NCBI GenBank assembly: GCA_004524535.1
Contig: SDNY01000047.1
Coordinates: 1 to 26,261 of the forward strand
Length of the DNA: 26,261 nt
Source of the DNA: Promethearchaeota archaeon
Lineage (GTDB): Archaea > Asgardarchaeota > Lokiarchaeia > Sigyniarchaeales > SOKP01
Direction: 5' to 3'
How positions within the stretch are numbered: the stretch's first letter is position 1; every line of letters begins with the position of its first letter. The notes below the pieces were generated by a model, which was given only the letters and a program-made list of their open reading frames with translations, was not told the DNA's origin and did no database searches. Below, in pieces: positions 25,253-26,261 of the stretch. A program made the position numbers and the translations under genes.

Positions 25253-26188
25253 TAAAGATTGCAATTGAATTTCTTCCGTTCCACCTTGACTTAAACGATA
25301 TTCAAATTCTGCAAGTAATTTTGAAAGCTCGATTTTTAACTTTTCGGATATATTTAAATCATAAATCTCTCTGTGTATATCTCTAATGATATTTCTACCT
25401 GAGATTCCATATTCTTTAACTAATTCATTCAAAAGTTTAATCGATAATTGTAATTGTCCTTCCAGAGCATTCTGAAGGATTATTTTAATTTTATCTGGTG
25501 GCACTTCACCAGCTACTCTAAATACTATCTCTTGGTCTATTTTTTTTGATATTGTTCCACATGATTGCAAATAATTTATGGCTCTTCGACAATCTCCGCG
25601 TGAAACATCCACTAAGGCATTTAAGCCATTTGCAGCTAAATTTAGCTCCTCTTTTGAAGCAATTAGTTTAATTCTGTTTTTAATATCATCTTTATTTAAA
25701 GGAGAAAATCTAAACACAACGCATCTTGATTGAATCGGGGGGATTATTTTATTTGAATAATTACATATTAAAATCATTCTACAGTTTTTTGTATATTTTT
25801 CCATAGTTCTTCTTAATGCCTGTTGAGCTGGAGCAGTCATATTATCTGCTTCATCAAGAATTAATATTTTAAAGGGAATATCTATTGGTGGTCTTGCTTT
25901 AGCAAAATCTTTAATATACGTTCTAATCACATCGATACCTCGGGCATCACTAGCATTCAATTCTAAATAAGTATTGTTTAACGACATTTTCTTGCCATAT
26001 AGATCTCTTACCATTGCTAAAGCAGAAGTTGTTTTTCCTGTTCCTGCTGGACCAGCAAAGATTAAATGAGGCATAGATTCATCTATGATAAATTGTTTTA
26101 AACGTTTTATAATGGCATTTTGGTTAACAACATCGTTTAAAGAACGCGGACGATACCGTTCGACCCAGGGACGATTTTCTACTGACAT
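25217..26188 (-). CDS. rfcS: Replication factor C small subunit
   Basis: PWVERYRP, GPAGTGKTT, LELNASDARGID, ILDEAD, AQQALRRTME and IQSRC motifs; no intein. Confidence 0.97.
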   Translation of the reverse strand: MSVENRPWVERYRPRSLNDVVNQNAIIKRLKQFIIDESMPHLIFAGPAGTGKTTSALAMVRDLYGKKMSLNNTYLELNASDARGIDVIRTYIKDFAKARPPIDIPFKILILDEADNMTAPAQQALRRTMEKYTKNCRMILICNYSNKIIPPIQSRCVVFRFSPLNKDDIKNRIKLIASKEELNLAANGLNALVDVSRGDCRRAINYLQSCGTISKKIDQEIVFRVAGEVPPDKIKIILQNALEGQLQLSIKLLNELVKEYGISGRNIIRDIHREIYDLNISEKLKIELSKLLAEFEYRLSQGGTEEIQLQSLLAKIVTLQNSE

Positions 26189-26261
26189 TAAAACTCTTAA
26201 AAAAATATAATAATTTAATAAAAGAAAATATTTAGATTAAATTTTCTTAATTCTTAATTAA

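Overview
AT-rich archaeal chromosomal window, most consistent with Asgard archaea (Lokiarchaeia-like). This is an inference from the long LRR-only protein, an AglB with eukaryote-like motifs, a divergent EF-2, archaeal CCA/aIF5B/RFC/TYW1 and bacterial-type UvrAB. It is mostly a translation/tRNA-maturation/repair housekeeping region: TYW1, apgM, EngB, EF-2-family GTPase, CCA-adding enzyme, aIF5B, uvrA, uvrB, aglB, truA, rfcS. A decayed toxin-antitoxin pair lies at the left end. The main finding is that the EF-2-family gene is split by a 30-nt stop-containing insertion (9431-9460) just before the switch-I RGITI motif. The insertion and its flanks fold into a bulge-helix-bulge (BHB) motif, and the canonical cut sites remove exactly those 30 nt and restore a 750-aa EF-2. 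This is a candidate tRNA-endonuclease-spliced mRNA intron in an Asgard translation factor gene. All calls come from reading the sequence and recalled motifs; no searches were run.
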